DNA of 64,000 nucleotides. Source: Candidatus Dojkabacteria bacterium HGW-Dojkabacteria-1 (GTDB lineage: Bacteria > Patescibacteriota > Dojkabacteria > SC72). Location: the NCBI GenBank assembly GCA_002840365.1, contig PHAO01000001.1, forward strand, positions 15,594 to 79,593, written 5' to 3'. Both the position numbers and the translations under genes were made by a program. The stretch's first letter is position 1. Each line of letters begins with the position of its first letter. Below the pieces are notes generated by a model that saw only the letters and a program-made list of their open reading frames with translations, did not search any database and was not told the DNA's origin. Positions 1 through 8,804 of the stretch are shown here, one piece after another.

Positions 1-393
1 ATAGCTTGGACCATCATACTGTACCAGCATCTCAGGAGGGAAATATACATCTAAAAGTTTACACGCCTTTACTTCACTTACTCCAAATATATTACCCGCA
101 ATAAAGGTAAGTATGTTTTGAACATTTCCATCACTATCAAATATATCCCATGGGTACGCTATCCATACAAGATTTTTATCCTCATCTATCTTATAAACCT
201 TCGCATTATTACTATTCGAAAACTCAGTAGAGGAACCAATAGAGATACTGGAACCCGTCGATGACTCTGCAGCTATTTCTGTTGCAACATCGGCTAACTT
301 TAATCCTTCAACAGGCATAATATGAAAGACAGCTAGTAGATACCTTCCATTATTTACAGATTCGTCTCCTAAAAATAGATATTCTTTCTGCAT
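1..393 (-). CDS. rbcL: RuBisCO large subunit, form II/III-like, N-terminal part (runs off the left edge)
   Basis: Not in the ORF track. Manual translation from ATG 393: MQKEYLFLGDESVNNGRYLLAVFHIMP...EIAAESSTG...LVWIAYPWDIFDSDGNVQNILTFIAGNIFG...KLLDVYFPPEMLVQYDGPSY. AAESSTG and the IAYPW/GNVQNILT/QYDGPSY blocks match form II/III RuBisCO. Confidence 0.92.
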   Translation of the reverse strand, partial: MQKEYLFLGDESVNNGRYLLAVFHIMPVEGLKLADVATEIAAESSTGSSISIGSSTEFSNSNNAKVYKIDEDKNLVWIAYPWDIFDSDGNVQNILTFIAGNIFGVSEVKACKLLDVYFPPEMLVQYDGPSY

Positions 394-463
394 ACTAAAA
401 ATTTTTCAAATTATGTATAACATAAATCCTATCATACAGAAGATTCACAAACAAGGGGAAAAC

Positions 464-538
464 TGGTTGCGGGGGTTGGATTCGAACCAACGACCTTCAG
501 GTTATGAGCCTGACGAGCTGCCACTGCTCTACCCCGCG
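464..538 (-). tRNA. tRNA-fMet (CAT), initiator
   Basis: CGCGGGG...TCAGG CTCATAA CCTGA...GGTTCGAATCC...CCCCGCAACCA; C1:A72 mismatch; CCA encoded. Confidence 0.95.
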
Positions 539-578
539 ATATCAGCAGTTGAGATTATACCTTAACAAACAATGTATT

Positions 579-1034
579 TCAAATTCCCTTTAGAAGGAAA
601 TCCAACCAAGAATTAAGAGTAAATGTAGGTTCAAAGATATTACTTTGTTTTGATTCAAGTATTTTTTCTACATCACTAGATGCTTGATCCATAACATTTT
701 CAGGTATAACAAACACAATTTCTCCCGTATCTCCAAAATTAAGCCTATTTCTAGCCTCCCTTTCTAAATATTTATCCGTAGACATATCTTTCATACTAAT
801 TGAGAGATATAGATTTTGAATTCTCAAATCCTCCACTTCCCTTTCTGCTCTCTTAAGAATATCTAACTTTTGAAAAGTAATATTTACGGAATTATATACA
901 GACCAAAGAATGAATGCAGAAATACCAATAAGAAAAATCTTCACAAAGACAGAATCGAATATCTGAGGTAACTCCGAATTCCCTTTGTTAGATATACCTT
1001 CCCTATTTTTTCTAACTCTTATTACTTTCCCCAT
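579..1034 (-). CDS. Septum formation initiator family protein (FtsB/DivIC-like)
   Basis: One TM helix, a coiled coil, then YLEREARNRLNFGDTGEIVF, typical of DivIC/FtsB. Confidence 0.8.
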   Translation of the reverse strand: MGKVIRVRKNREGISNKGNSELPQIFDSVFVKIFLIGISAFILWSVYNSVNITFQKLDILKRAEREVEDLRIQNLYLSISMKDMSTDKYLEREARNRLNFGDTGEIVFVIPENVMDQASSDVEKILESKQSNIFEPTFTLNSWLDFLLKGI

Positions 1035-1157
1035 ATATAGAAATATTATCAGAACAGGAAAAATACATCAAAATTAATCCATAGTTTTTATTATTGATAT
1101 TATTTACGAGAGGGTGCTATAATCTCATAGTTTATACACTAGGCTACTTTAAATTGA

Positions 1158-2057
1158 TTGTTTGATACATTGGAGAAGATAACAAACCCAGATTTTGCCA
1201 AACAACAAAATAACTTTATAGATGAATTAAGAAGTAAAGGTAGGTCAGAAGCAACAGTTATTGCATATGCAAAAGATATTGAACAATTGCTAAATTTTTT
1301 CTCATCAAGAGGCACCCTTAGACTTCAACAAACTTCTATTGAAGACTTAGAGTCATATAAGAAACATCTACAGGACAATAACTACACACCCAAGAGTATT
1401 TCTAGAAAAATTAATAGTACAAGAACCTTCTATAGATACCTCTTAGAAAACACCCATATCAAGGACAATCCTGCAGAAAAGCTTGCACATCCTAAATTCG
1501 AAACAAAACCACCCAGAGTACTCTCAGAGATGGAGTATAGAGCTCTTAGAGATGTCAGTAGAGTAGATATTAGACTCTACTCTATTGTAGAACTACTTTT
1601 ACAAACAGGTATAAGGATTGGGGAATTAGCAACTCTTACACTAGACGATGTAAGAAATACCAAAGATGGCATCAACTATATATACATAAAAGCATCAGGG
1701 AGTCACCCTGCAAGAAAAGTTCCTATTAACAAATCAGCAAAGAAAGCTATAGATGAATATCTTGCAATAAGGCCTGAGACAGAAGAAGATACATTGTATG
1801 TAACCAAAAATGGTAGACCTCTTTTAGTAAGAAATATTAGAACAACAATAGATAAGGCATTTGAGAGAGCTGGCATCAAGAACGCAAAGGTCAATGATTT
1901 AAGAAATACATTCATAGCACATCATCTCTCTAATGGTGTAAGTCTAGTTACAGTATCCAAGCTTGTTGGCCACAAGAGACTTTCTACAACAGAAAAATAT
2001 CTAGGATTAGTAGACAACAACAAGCCAGAAGCAGAGAAAAGCCTCAAAGATCTGTAG
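1158..2057 (+). CDS. Tyrosine recombinase, XerC/XerD-like
   Basis: N-terminal core-binding domain; LLLQTGIRIGEL, NDLRNT (HxLRH position) and VGH...TTEKY motifs. Extended -10 TGCTATAAT at about 1115-1123. Confidence 0.88.
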   Translation: MFDTLEKITNPDFAKQQNNFIDELRSKGRSEATVIAYAKDIEQLLNFFSSRGTLRLQQTSIEDLESYKKHLQDNNYTPKSISRKINSTRTFYRYLLENTHIKDNPAEKLAHPKFETKPPRVLSEMEYRALRDVSRVDIRLYSIVELLLQTGIRIGELATLTLDDVRNTKDGINYIYIKASGSHPARKVPINKSAKKAIDEYLAIRPETEEDTLYVTKNGRPLLVRNIRTTIDKAFERAGIKNAKVNDLRNTFIAHHLSNGVSLVTVSKLVGHKRLSTTEKYLGLVDNNKPEAEKSLKDL

Positions 2058-2088
2058 TTTCAACAATGATTTAAATGGGAATATTCAA

Positions 2089-2162
2089 TGGGAGTAGATG
2101 GAATCGAACCATCGACCACGGCTTTATAAGAACCGCGCTCTAACCAACTGAGCTATACTCCC
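2089..2162 (-). tRNA. tRNA-Ile with TAT (UAU) anticodon
   Basis: GGGAGTATAGCTCAGTTGGTTAGAGCG CGGTT CTTATAA AGCCG TGGTCGATGGTTCGATTCCATCTACTCCCA; full cloverleaf; CCA not encoded. Confidence 0.9.
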
Positions 2163-2215
2163 ATAATTAATACATGCGATTTTACCAGAAACTATTACTT
2201 TTGTGCAGTACCTAG

Positions 2216-4738
2216 CTAAAAATTAATAGGTGGGAATGGACTTGGTGACTGAGGTTTCTCTTCTACTTTTTTATCCAAATCAGACCTTCTGTTTATATCA
2301 AGGTTTACGATATTTACATCCCTACCATATTTAAGTCTAGACATCTGTTTAATAATTCTTGCAACCTCAGTATTCGATTTCATATCAAATCCACTCTCAG
2401 GGAATTTAGGACCATACCTAGTATCCAACGAAAACGGACTTGGATACGAACCATTATTAAGCATCTTTACATAGTAATGACCCATTCCTTGATTTATTAA
2501 ATCTGTTGCTTTTACATATGATTCAAACTGAGGCTCTAAGAAATTTCCATCATCAGTACCACATCTTGCGATAAAGAGAGATCCAACGTTACCAAAAACA
2601 GCCCCTTTTATATTCTCAGGTAGCTGACCTATATATTGATGTGCAAGTGTGAGATTGAGTTTGTATTTTCTTGCTTCTGAAAGAATAGAGGTAAACTCAT
2701 CTGTAGCAAAATTTTGGAACTCATCTGCATAAAAGAAGAAGTCTTTTCTCTGATCTTCAGATATATTTTCTCTACTCAACGCAGCAGCTAGCATTTTTTG
2801 TACCAAGAGCAACCCCAAAAAGGACATATTCTCTTCACCTAAAAGACCCTTTGCTAGATTTACAATTAATATCTTACCTCCATCCATAACCTCTCTAAAA
2901 TCAAAGGATGATTGAGATTGCCCTATTACATTCCTAATCGCTAGGTTCGTAGTAAATTTATCAAACTTAGAGATAAAGTAACCCAAACTCTCAGATTTGG
3001 TCTTTTGATCTGTCTTTGCAACCTGGTCTACCCAATATCTTCTAACTAACTCATCTTTAATTATTGGAAGCCACTTTTCTTGTACCCATTTTTCATCCTG
3101 TAATATTCTAACTACCTCTATTAATGTCGAACCTTTTTCACTCATAGCAGTTAACATTGCATTTCTTACTGCCTGCTGCATCATAGGACCAACATATCCT
3201 TGATTATGAGGATCAAATAATCGTATAAGTAAGGCGATAAAGCTATTTACTATCTGATGCATATGCTGCTCATTGTAATATTCCATAATGTTTAAACCAA
3301 AAGGTCTTTCAAAATCTGCAGCATTGAAATATATAACATCCTCTACTCTCTCTGGTGGTATTCTTTCTAATATCATTTCAGCAGTTTGACCATGGGGATC
3401 TATGAAACAAACACCATCACCATTATAGATGTCTTGTATTATCATTCTTGTCATAAGCCAAGATTTACCAGTACCTGTTTGACCTAAAATATAACTATGC
3501 CTTCTTCTATCCTCCCTTTGGAAACATATCGCTTTTACCTTATCTCTAAACACATTGTTACCAACCCACACGGTATCTTTTGATTTAATATCAGAACTAA
3601 TGACATTGTCTGCAGGAATTTCCCTTGCAAGTAGCCAGTTAATATTAGGAGTTGTTATTTCTTTGTTAGGGAAGTGATATATAGTTGCCAACTCTTCGAC
3701 ATTCAGGATACTTACTTGTTCAATAGAACTTCTCCTATATACAACATCCAACATAAATTCCTTCTCTTGCTCCTTACCTTTTATTGATATTTTCTTAAAC
3801 CTATTTATCCCTGGGTTACTGAATTGGTCAAAGGCACCCACTATATTGTCCAAATGCATATTAGCAAGGGATTCATCAGATGCTGTTGTAACAATTCTAA
3901 TATCTGTATTAAAACCATTTTTAGAAACCTTTTTACTAATACCTTGTAATTTCTCCTGGCTTACATTTATTTTTTTCTTTTCAGGGTCTGAGTTGTTGTT
4001 CTCAACCTTTTTTACAAAAGAAGCACCATTCTTTTGCCACTTACTATCACTTGGAGAAATAACTACTTGAATCATAGCACCCTCCCCTTCAGACATTTTG
4101 CTTAGTGTACTAAGGATATTGGCAAGAGGATCTCCTGTAAAATCTTCAGATACTTTTATTGGATTATAGCTATCATCATCAAGTGCTAAACGTGTGAATG
4201 CAACTTTCGAATTATCTCCAAAGATGTTGTAATCATCTACCTTTTTAACATCTGCATCTTGATATGAACCTAGTATTTGTTTTTCAACTAAATCTCCTAA
4301 CTTCTTAGGGCTATATACATAGAATTTAATCTCTCCTGGTAATGCCATTATCTCAAAACTAATTGAATTACTAACTGTGAATTTCTCTGCAAAGCCCTTT
4401 CCTTTACCACCAATACCAACAAGATTAGCAAACATTTTTTCGGCCACTCCTACTTCTGTTTCGTTCCCTCTTGGTACACGAACCTCATACAAGGTCCAAT
4501 CTTTTGCTTTGTCGTTTCTATCCTTCTTTTGTAGTTTTTTTCTTATCCTAAAGAATGCAAAGGCTCCTAGTCCTGCAATCAAAACAAGAAGTACAAGTAT
4601 ACCCCATGGAAAAGTAAAACCAGAGCCTGTCATTTCGCCATATGTATCTTTTGGATATTGCTTTGGGTCCGCTATTATTACTTCATCATCTCTGTTTGAT
4701 GGCATTGGACCTATTTGAGCAAGAGTATATGATTTCAT
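2216..4738 (-). CDS. Membrane-anchored VirD4/TraG/HerA-like P-loop ATPase
   Basis: N-terminal TM; Walker A GQTGTGKS; FIDPHG; YADEFQNF; SEARKYKLNLTLAHQYIGQL. Confidence 0.85.
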   Translation of the reverse strand: MKSYTLAQIGPMPSNRDDEVIIADPKQYPKDTYGEMTGSGFTFPWGILVLLVLIAGLGAFAFFRIRKKLQKKDRNDKAKDWTLYEVRVPRGNETEVGVAEKMFANLVGIGGKGKGFAEKFTVSNSISFEIMALPGEIKFYVYSPKKLGDLVEKQILGSYQDADVKKVDDYNIFGDNSKVAFTRLALDDDSYNPIKVSEDFTGDPLANILSTLSKMSEGEGAMIQVVISPSDSKWQKNGASFVKKVENNNSDPEKKKINVSQEKLQGISKKVSKNGFNTDIRIVTTASDESLANMHLDNIVGAFDQFSNPGINRFKKISIKGKEQEKEFMLDVVYRRSSIEQVSILNVEELATIYHFPNKEITTPNINWLLAREIPADNVISSDIKSKDTVWVGNNVFRDKVKAICFQREDRRRHSYILGQTGTGKSWLMTRMIIQDIYNGDGVCFIDPHGQTAEMILERIPPERVEDVIYFNAADFERPFGLNIMEYYNEQHMHQIVNSFIALLIRLFDPHNQGYVGPMMQQAVRNAMLTAMSEKGSTLIEVVRILQDEKWVQEKWLPIIKDELVRRYWVDQVAKTDQKTKSESLGYFISKFDKFTTNLAIRNVIGQSQSSFDFREVMDGGKILIVNLAKGLLGEENMSFLGLLLVQKMLAAALSRENISEDQRKDFFFYADEFQNFATDEFTSILSEARKYKLNLTLAHQYIGQLPENIKGAVFGNVGSLFIARCGTDDGNFLEPQFESYVKATDLINQGMGHYYVKMLNNGSYPSPFSLDTRYGPKFPESGFDMKSNTEVARIIKQMSRLKYGRDVNIVNLDINRRSDLDKKVEEKPQSPSPFPPINF

Positions 4739-4806
4739 AAAAGAATGGACAGATTAAACATATCTATTATACAAAGAATATCACACTTGAGGATTGTAAT
4801 CGAGTA

Positions 4807-5103
4807 TTAAGAAGGAAGTTCAGCACCCCTTCTCTTGGAGTTTATGTAATTTTTCCAAACTAAAGAACTAGTTAAATCATTACCTAATTCGGGGAAATCT
4901 TTACCTACTTTTTCATCATTTAAAGCTGATTGAATTTGGGAACCTACTTTATGAGATTCTAAAGGTTGAATACCATTGGTTGGAGCTTGTGTCGCTGGTT
5001 GAATATTGTATTCACTTTCTACTCGTGGTAGTTCTGCAGTCAAAGGGGAAGCCCCTCCCTCTACTACTGGCAATTGTTGTATTAATTCTTTTTCGTTTAT
5101 CAT
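4807..5103 (-). CDS. Hypothetical protein
   Basis: 98-aa ORF, co-oriented and 12 bp downstream of smpB; no recognised motif. Confidence 0.6.
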   Translation of the reverse strand: MINEKELIQQLPVVEGGASPLTAELPRVESEYNIQPATQAPTNGIQPLESHKVGSQIQSALNDEKVGKDFPELGNDLTSSLVWKNYINSKRRGAELPS

Positions 5104-5115
5104 AACCTATAATAA

Positions 5116-5559
5116 TTATATCATAAATTCTCTCTTTTCCAAGTGTAACTCTCTTTCTAAATCTCTTTTCTTCTCCTGAAGTTTTTTCTCATACTTTTTC
5201 TTACCTCTTGCTAAACCAATTTCTACTTTAAGATTAGGACCTTTAGAATAGATACTCAAAGGAATCAAAGCTAAGTTTCCCTGCTTCACTTTACTCTCTA
5301 AGTATACCAATTCTCTCTTTTTTACCAAGAGCTTTTTAGATCTCGCAGAATCATAATCAGGGGATCCATCGTATTTGTACTTAGGGATATCTGCATTTAC
5401 AAGCCACAGCTCTCCCCCTACAACCTTTACATACGAATCTCCTAAATTACACCTTCCATCTCTTACAGATTTTACTTCTGCACCAGTAAGAGAAATTCCT
5501 GCTTCTAATTTTTCAAGCACTTCATAATTAAAAAGGGCTTTCTTGTTAACAATTTTCAT
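5116..5559 (-). CDS. smpB: SsrA-binding protein SmpB
   Basis: NKKALFNY...EAGISLTGAEVKSVR...LARGKKKYEK. Start moved to ATG 5559, 5 nt after TGATATAAT. Confidence 0.97.
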   Translation of the reverse strand: MKIVNKKALFNYEVLEKLEAGISLTGAEVKSVRDGRCNLGDSYVKVVGGELWLVNADIPKYKYDGSPDYDSARSKKLLVKKRELVYLESKVKQGNLALIPLSIYSKGPNLKVEIGLARGKKKYEKKLQEKKRDLERELHLEKREFMI

Positions 5560-5587
5560 GCCCAATTATATCATCAAAAGGAGGGAA

Positions 5588-7867
5588 CTATAATCGAATC
5601 TTCCAAACAGTGGAAGAGTCTAACATATACAAAGTTTTTTGATCTCTGTTTACAACAAAGTCTCTTACATTTTCAAACACCTTTTCTCTACTACCCCTAT
5701 ACACATATTGATTTCTTAAAACAGCTTGATTAGGATGCCTTATCTCTCCTCCACCCTCTATTGGCTTAACCAATCTAACAATTCTCCTATCTTCACTATC
5801 AAAGACATACAAATCATAGTTTAGGTCTCCTCTTGTATATCCATATGTAAGATTTTTAAACTCTCCATCTAATCCTACAATGTCTAATCTTGCAGGAATT
5901 TGTTTACTTTCAAAATAGCTATAGATATACCTCTTTAATCCGTCTGCTCCTGAAGTAAGTATATATACACTCAAATCAGCCATAATGTCATTCGCTTGTT
6001 TTAAAGATTCTTCCTTAATATATCCAAAAGAAAGACCATATCCTGTTCCAAAATTGTTAGATTTCAACAAAACTCCTGCATCTCTATCTAGGATATATAC
6101 ATTGTCTGTATCAGTTAATACCGCAAATTCAGCAATATCATTTGCCCCAATATTATCAATCCCTAATCCTGTTAATTTTGCAAATGGTTTGAATCCTCCC
6201 TCACTATCATACTCTGCTCTTACTACACCAACTTTCAAATCTACAACAAAAATACCACTTCTACCCGTATATATCATTGTAGGTTCTTGGAGTATTCGAT
6301 CAGGGTCCGACAATCTTAGAACTTCTTTGTTGTAAAGTGAAACTCTAAATACTGCCTTAAGTCCAGAATCTACTACAAGAAGATACTCGTTTGCTCTTGA
6401 ATCTTGATAAATTGCAATATCTTGAGGTTTAGAACCCTCACCAAAAGCAAGCCTAGTATCTATGAATGATTCAATAGATCCATCGGAATCTACAAGACCG
6501 ACTCTCTTGTAAAGGTTATCTTGAATACCCAAGACTCTTCCTTCAAGCTGTTTTAATTTTTCAGAATCTTTCTCTCCTAGTTTTTCAGGTATATTTCCAA
6601 GTTCTGACTGTGCTTTAAAAAGTAGCATTTCAGCACCACTCCTATCTGTTCTCGCTTTCTCTTCAGCAGATGTAACAGACGTTTCTACACTACTAAATAT
6701 TTCATTTGCTTGTTTACTAATAGCCCGTGCTTCTTTCTGATCTATTGTAAATTTTGCACCACCAACGATAACTACAATACCTAAGAATACTAGTCCAGCA
6801 ATCTTAAATCTCTCTATCTTCTTGTTCTTTATCTTGTATCCATCTACTTTAAAACCTTTGAATTCATTCTTTCTTGCGAGATTTATATCTGACTGAGAAA
6901 ATTTTGCAGATACTTTTTTGTACCACCTCTGCTTTGCAAATTTCTCATTTAGATTAAGAAGTATGCCTTTGCTAATTCTCTTTATCGAGTACCATACCTT
7001 TCTAAAAATTTCTTTAACTCCTTCAAACAGAGGTTTTAATTTAGCAAGCATTGGAGATACTTTTTCTCCAATTCTAAGCAAAAATGTTTTTAATGGTAGA
7101 AACCAATTCTTCAAATCAAATCTCCTTTCTTGCCTTACAGCCTTAGCTTCAACCTCTTTTTTTTCAACAACTATCTCACCTTTTTCATCTATTTTCACAT
7201 CAGACTCAATTAGCGCTACTTCCTGTTCATCTAATTCCTCTCCCTTTGTGAATATTAATATGCCTTCCCCATCTCCTAATTCGTGAGCCATATCATCCAA
7301 TCTTTCTAGTATAGATTTTGAATTTGGAAGACCAGTTAAACTACTCATACTGTTTTTAACAAAACCCTTGGTAGAAGCAAGAAGTATATCCTCTTCCTCA
7401 AGTAGTAAACCTGCTGTTTTAGCACCTTTTTTGGAGAGCATCTCATGTATATCAACTATCTTTCCCTTTTTGTAAATATATATGTCACAATCACCCAAAT
7501 ATCCTACATACAGACCAGATGAGCCTGAAACAAATACAGAAAAATTAATGTCTACACCATGATCAGAAATATTTTTGTCATTTGTAATTAATTGCTTTAT
7601 CCTTCTTGTTGCTTCATTTAGAGCTATCTTCAATGCTTCATTTGTAGAATCAGCTTTCGAATATTCAAAACCATCAACTAAACCATCCCATGCAAATTTG
7701 GCAATGTTAGCCCCTGGAATATCAACTTCGCTTTTAACCGAGAGAAGTCCATACATTTCGATATTTTTGTCGTGCTTACTTCTAACAGGTCTAGTATAGT
7801 GGAATACTCCTGTATAAAGCTTCTTTTTGTCTGAATTGTTTAAGTATTGAGAGGCAGTAATATACAT
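5588..7867 (-). CDS. Bitopic membrane protein with a probable degenerate PP2C-like N-domain and extracellular beta-propeller
   Basis: LYVGYLGDCDIYIYKKGK and EEDILLAST resemble the PP2C fold; TM near aa 355-375; repeated YLLVVDS/VYILD/LYVFD blades. Confidence 0.55.
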   Translation of the reverse strand: MYITASQYLNNSDKKKLYTGVFHYTRPVRSKHDKNIEMYGLLSVKSEVDIPGANIAKFAWDGLVDGFEYSKADSTNEALKIALNEATRRIKQLITNDKNISDHGVDINFSVFVSGSSGLYVGYLGDCDIYIYKKGKIVDIHEMLSKKGAKTAGLLLEEEDILLASTKGFVKNSMSSLTGLPNSKSILERLDDMAHELGDGEGILIFTKGEELDEQEVALIESDVKIDEKGEIVVEKKEVEAKAVRQERRFDLKNWFLPLKTFLLRIGEKVSPMLAKLKPLFEGVKEIFRKVWYSIKRISKGILLNLNEKFAKQRWYKKVSAKFSQSDINLARKNEFKGFKVDGYKIKNKKIERFKIAGLVFLGIVVIVGGAKFTIDQKEARAISKQANEIFSSVETSVTSAEEKARTDRSGAEMLLFKAQSELGNIPEKLGEKDSEKLKQLEGRVLGIQDNLYKRVGLVDSDGSIESFIDTRLAFGEGSKPQDIAIYQDSRANEYLLVVDSGLKAVFRVSLYNKEVLRLSDPDRILQEPTMIYTGRSGIFVVDLKVGVVRAEYDSEGGFKPFAKLTGLGIDNIGANDIAEFAVLTDTDNVYILDRDAGVLLKSNNFGTGYGLSFGYIKEESLKQANDIMADLSVYILTSGADGLKRYIYSYFESKQIPARLDIVGLDGEFKNLTYGYTRGDLNYDLYVFDSEDRRIVRLVKPIEGGGEIRHPNQAVLRNQYVYRGSREKVFENVRDFVVNRDQKTLYMLDSSTVWKIRL

Positions 7868-7872
7868 GTATA

Positions 7873-8130
7873 TTAACCTAAAAGAATTATAAAGGTTGCT
7901 AACAAAGCAACAACCAAGGATACCAATAAATTAATATATACCAAAGCCTTTATCTTCCCAGCATTTTCCGATTCTACAGTATCTACCAATATCTTAACCT
8001 TTAATACGAGCATCAGTGAGTAAAAGATATTCCCTATCAAGATCACAATCAAAGGTAACTTAAGGACATCACCAAGATTAATAGTGAATCTCATCGTATC
8101 CTCAAAAAGTTTTTCATATATTCCATCCAT
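7873..8130 (-). CDS. Small two-TM membrane protein
   Basis: Two hydrophobic helices; tightly coupled to flanking genes. Confidence 0.65.
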   Translation of the reverse strand: MDGIYEKLFEDTMRFTINLGDVLKLPLIVILIGNIFYSLMLVLKVKILVDTVESENAGKIKALVYINLLVSLVVALLATFIILLG

Positions 8131-8131
8131 C

Positions 8132-8764
8132 TTAGATACCTCCTTTTTGTTTAATTTCTAATAAATCGTTCAAGATATCCTGCATGTCTCTTGGTTTAGG
8201 TAGCATTGTTAATACAAAATCTACTCCATGACCTGCAGTATCAATATCCAAATTACCAACATCAAAGAATGTTCCTATAAAACCTACATGCTGATGTGTA
8301 ATATCCTCTATCTTTTCTAATTGAGCTTCAGAGTATGAGTGGAAAAATGCGTTGTTCATCTTAACAATTACAATTCTCTGATCAGTCACAATATGAATAG
8401 TGTAATACCATTTAAGAAAGGTTGTAAGGAGAAGGGTGGAAGCAACCCCTATCGAAAGAACGAACATGCCTGTATACAATATTGGTGTACCAAGGATTGG
8501 GAAAGAAGAAGACAGTAAAAGCAAAATCAAAGGCAAAAGAAGAACTAGTAATGATATGAATAAATCGGGGACATAAGCAATCCAATGCCTTCTAACCATT
8601 AATACTATCTCTTCATCCTTGTCTCTTCCGTAGAAACTGATTTTTTTAGGAAATGCAGAAAAACCTGACAGACGAATTTTTTTCTCTTCCTCATACACCC
8701 TATCAACGAAAGATTTGTTTGATTTAAGGAACTTTTTGGGGATATCTTTTCTAAGCTGTTTCAT
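8132..8764 (-). CDS. Bacterial PH-domain membrane protein
   Basis: EEIVLMVRRHW, two TMs, IVTDQRIV...LEKIEDI...DVGNLDIDTAG. Confidence 0.75.
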   Translation of the reverse strand: MKQLRKDIPKKFLKSNKSFVDRVYEEEKKIRLSGFSAFPKKISFYGRDKDEEIVLMVRRHWIAYVPDLFISLLVLLLPLILLLLSSSFPILGTPILYTGMFVLSIGVASTLLLTTFLKWYYTIHIVTDQRIVIVKMNNAFFHSYSEAQLEKIEDITHQHVGFIGTFFDVGNLDIDTAGHGVDFVLTMLPKPRDMQDILNDLLEIKQKGGI

Positions 8765-8804
8765 ACCAAAAGGATATCAAAAAACTCCCTATTTAACAAT
8801 ATAT

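Noticed and set aside
1158-2162. Integrative element (integrase next to a tRNA)
   Set aside because: No duplicated tRNA 3-prime end and no cargo; flanks look like core genes; the protein is Xer-sized.
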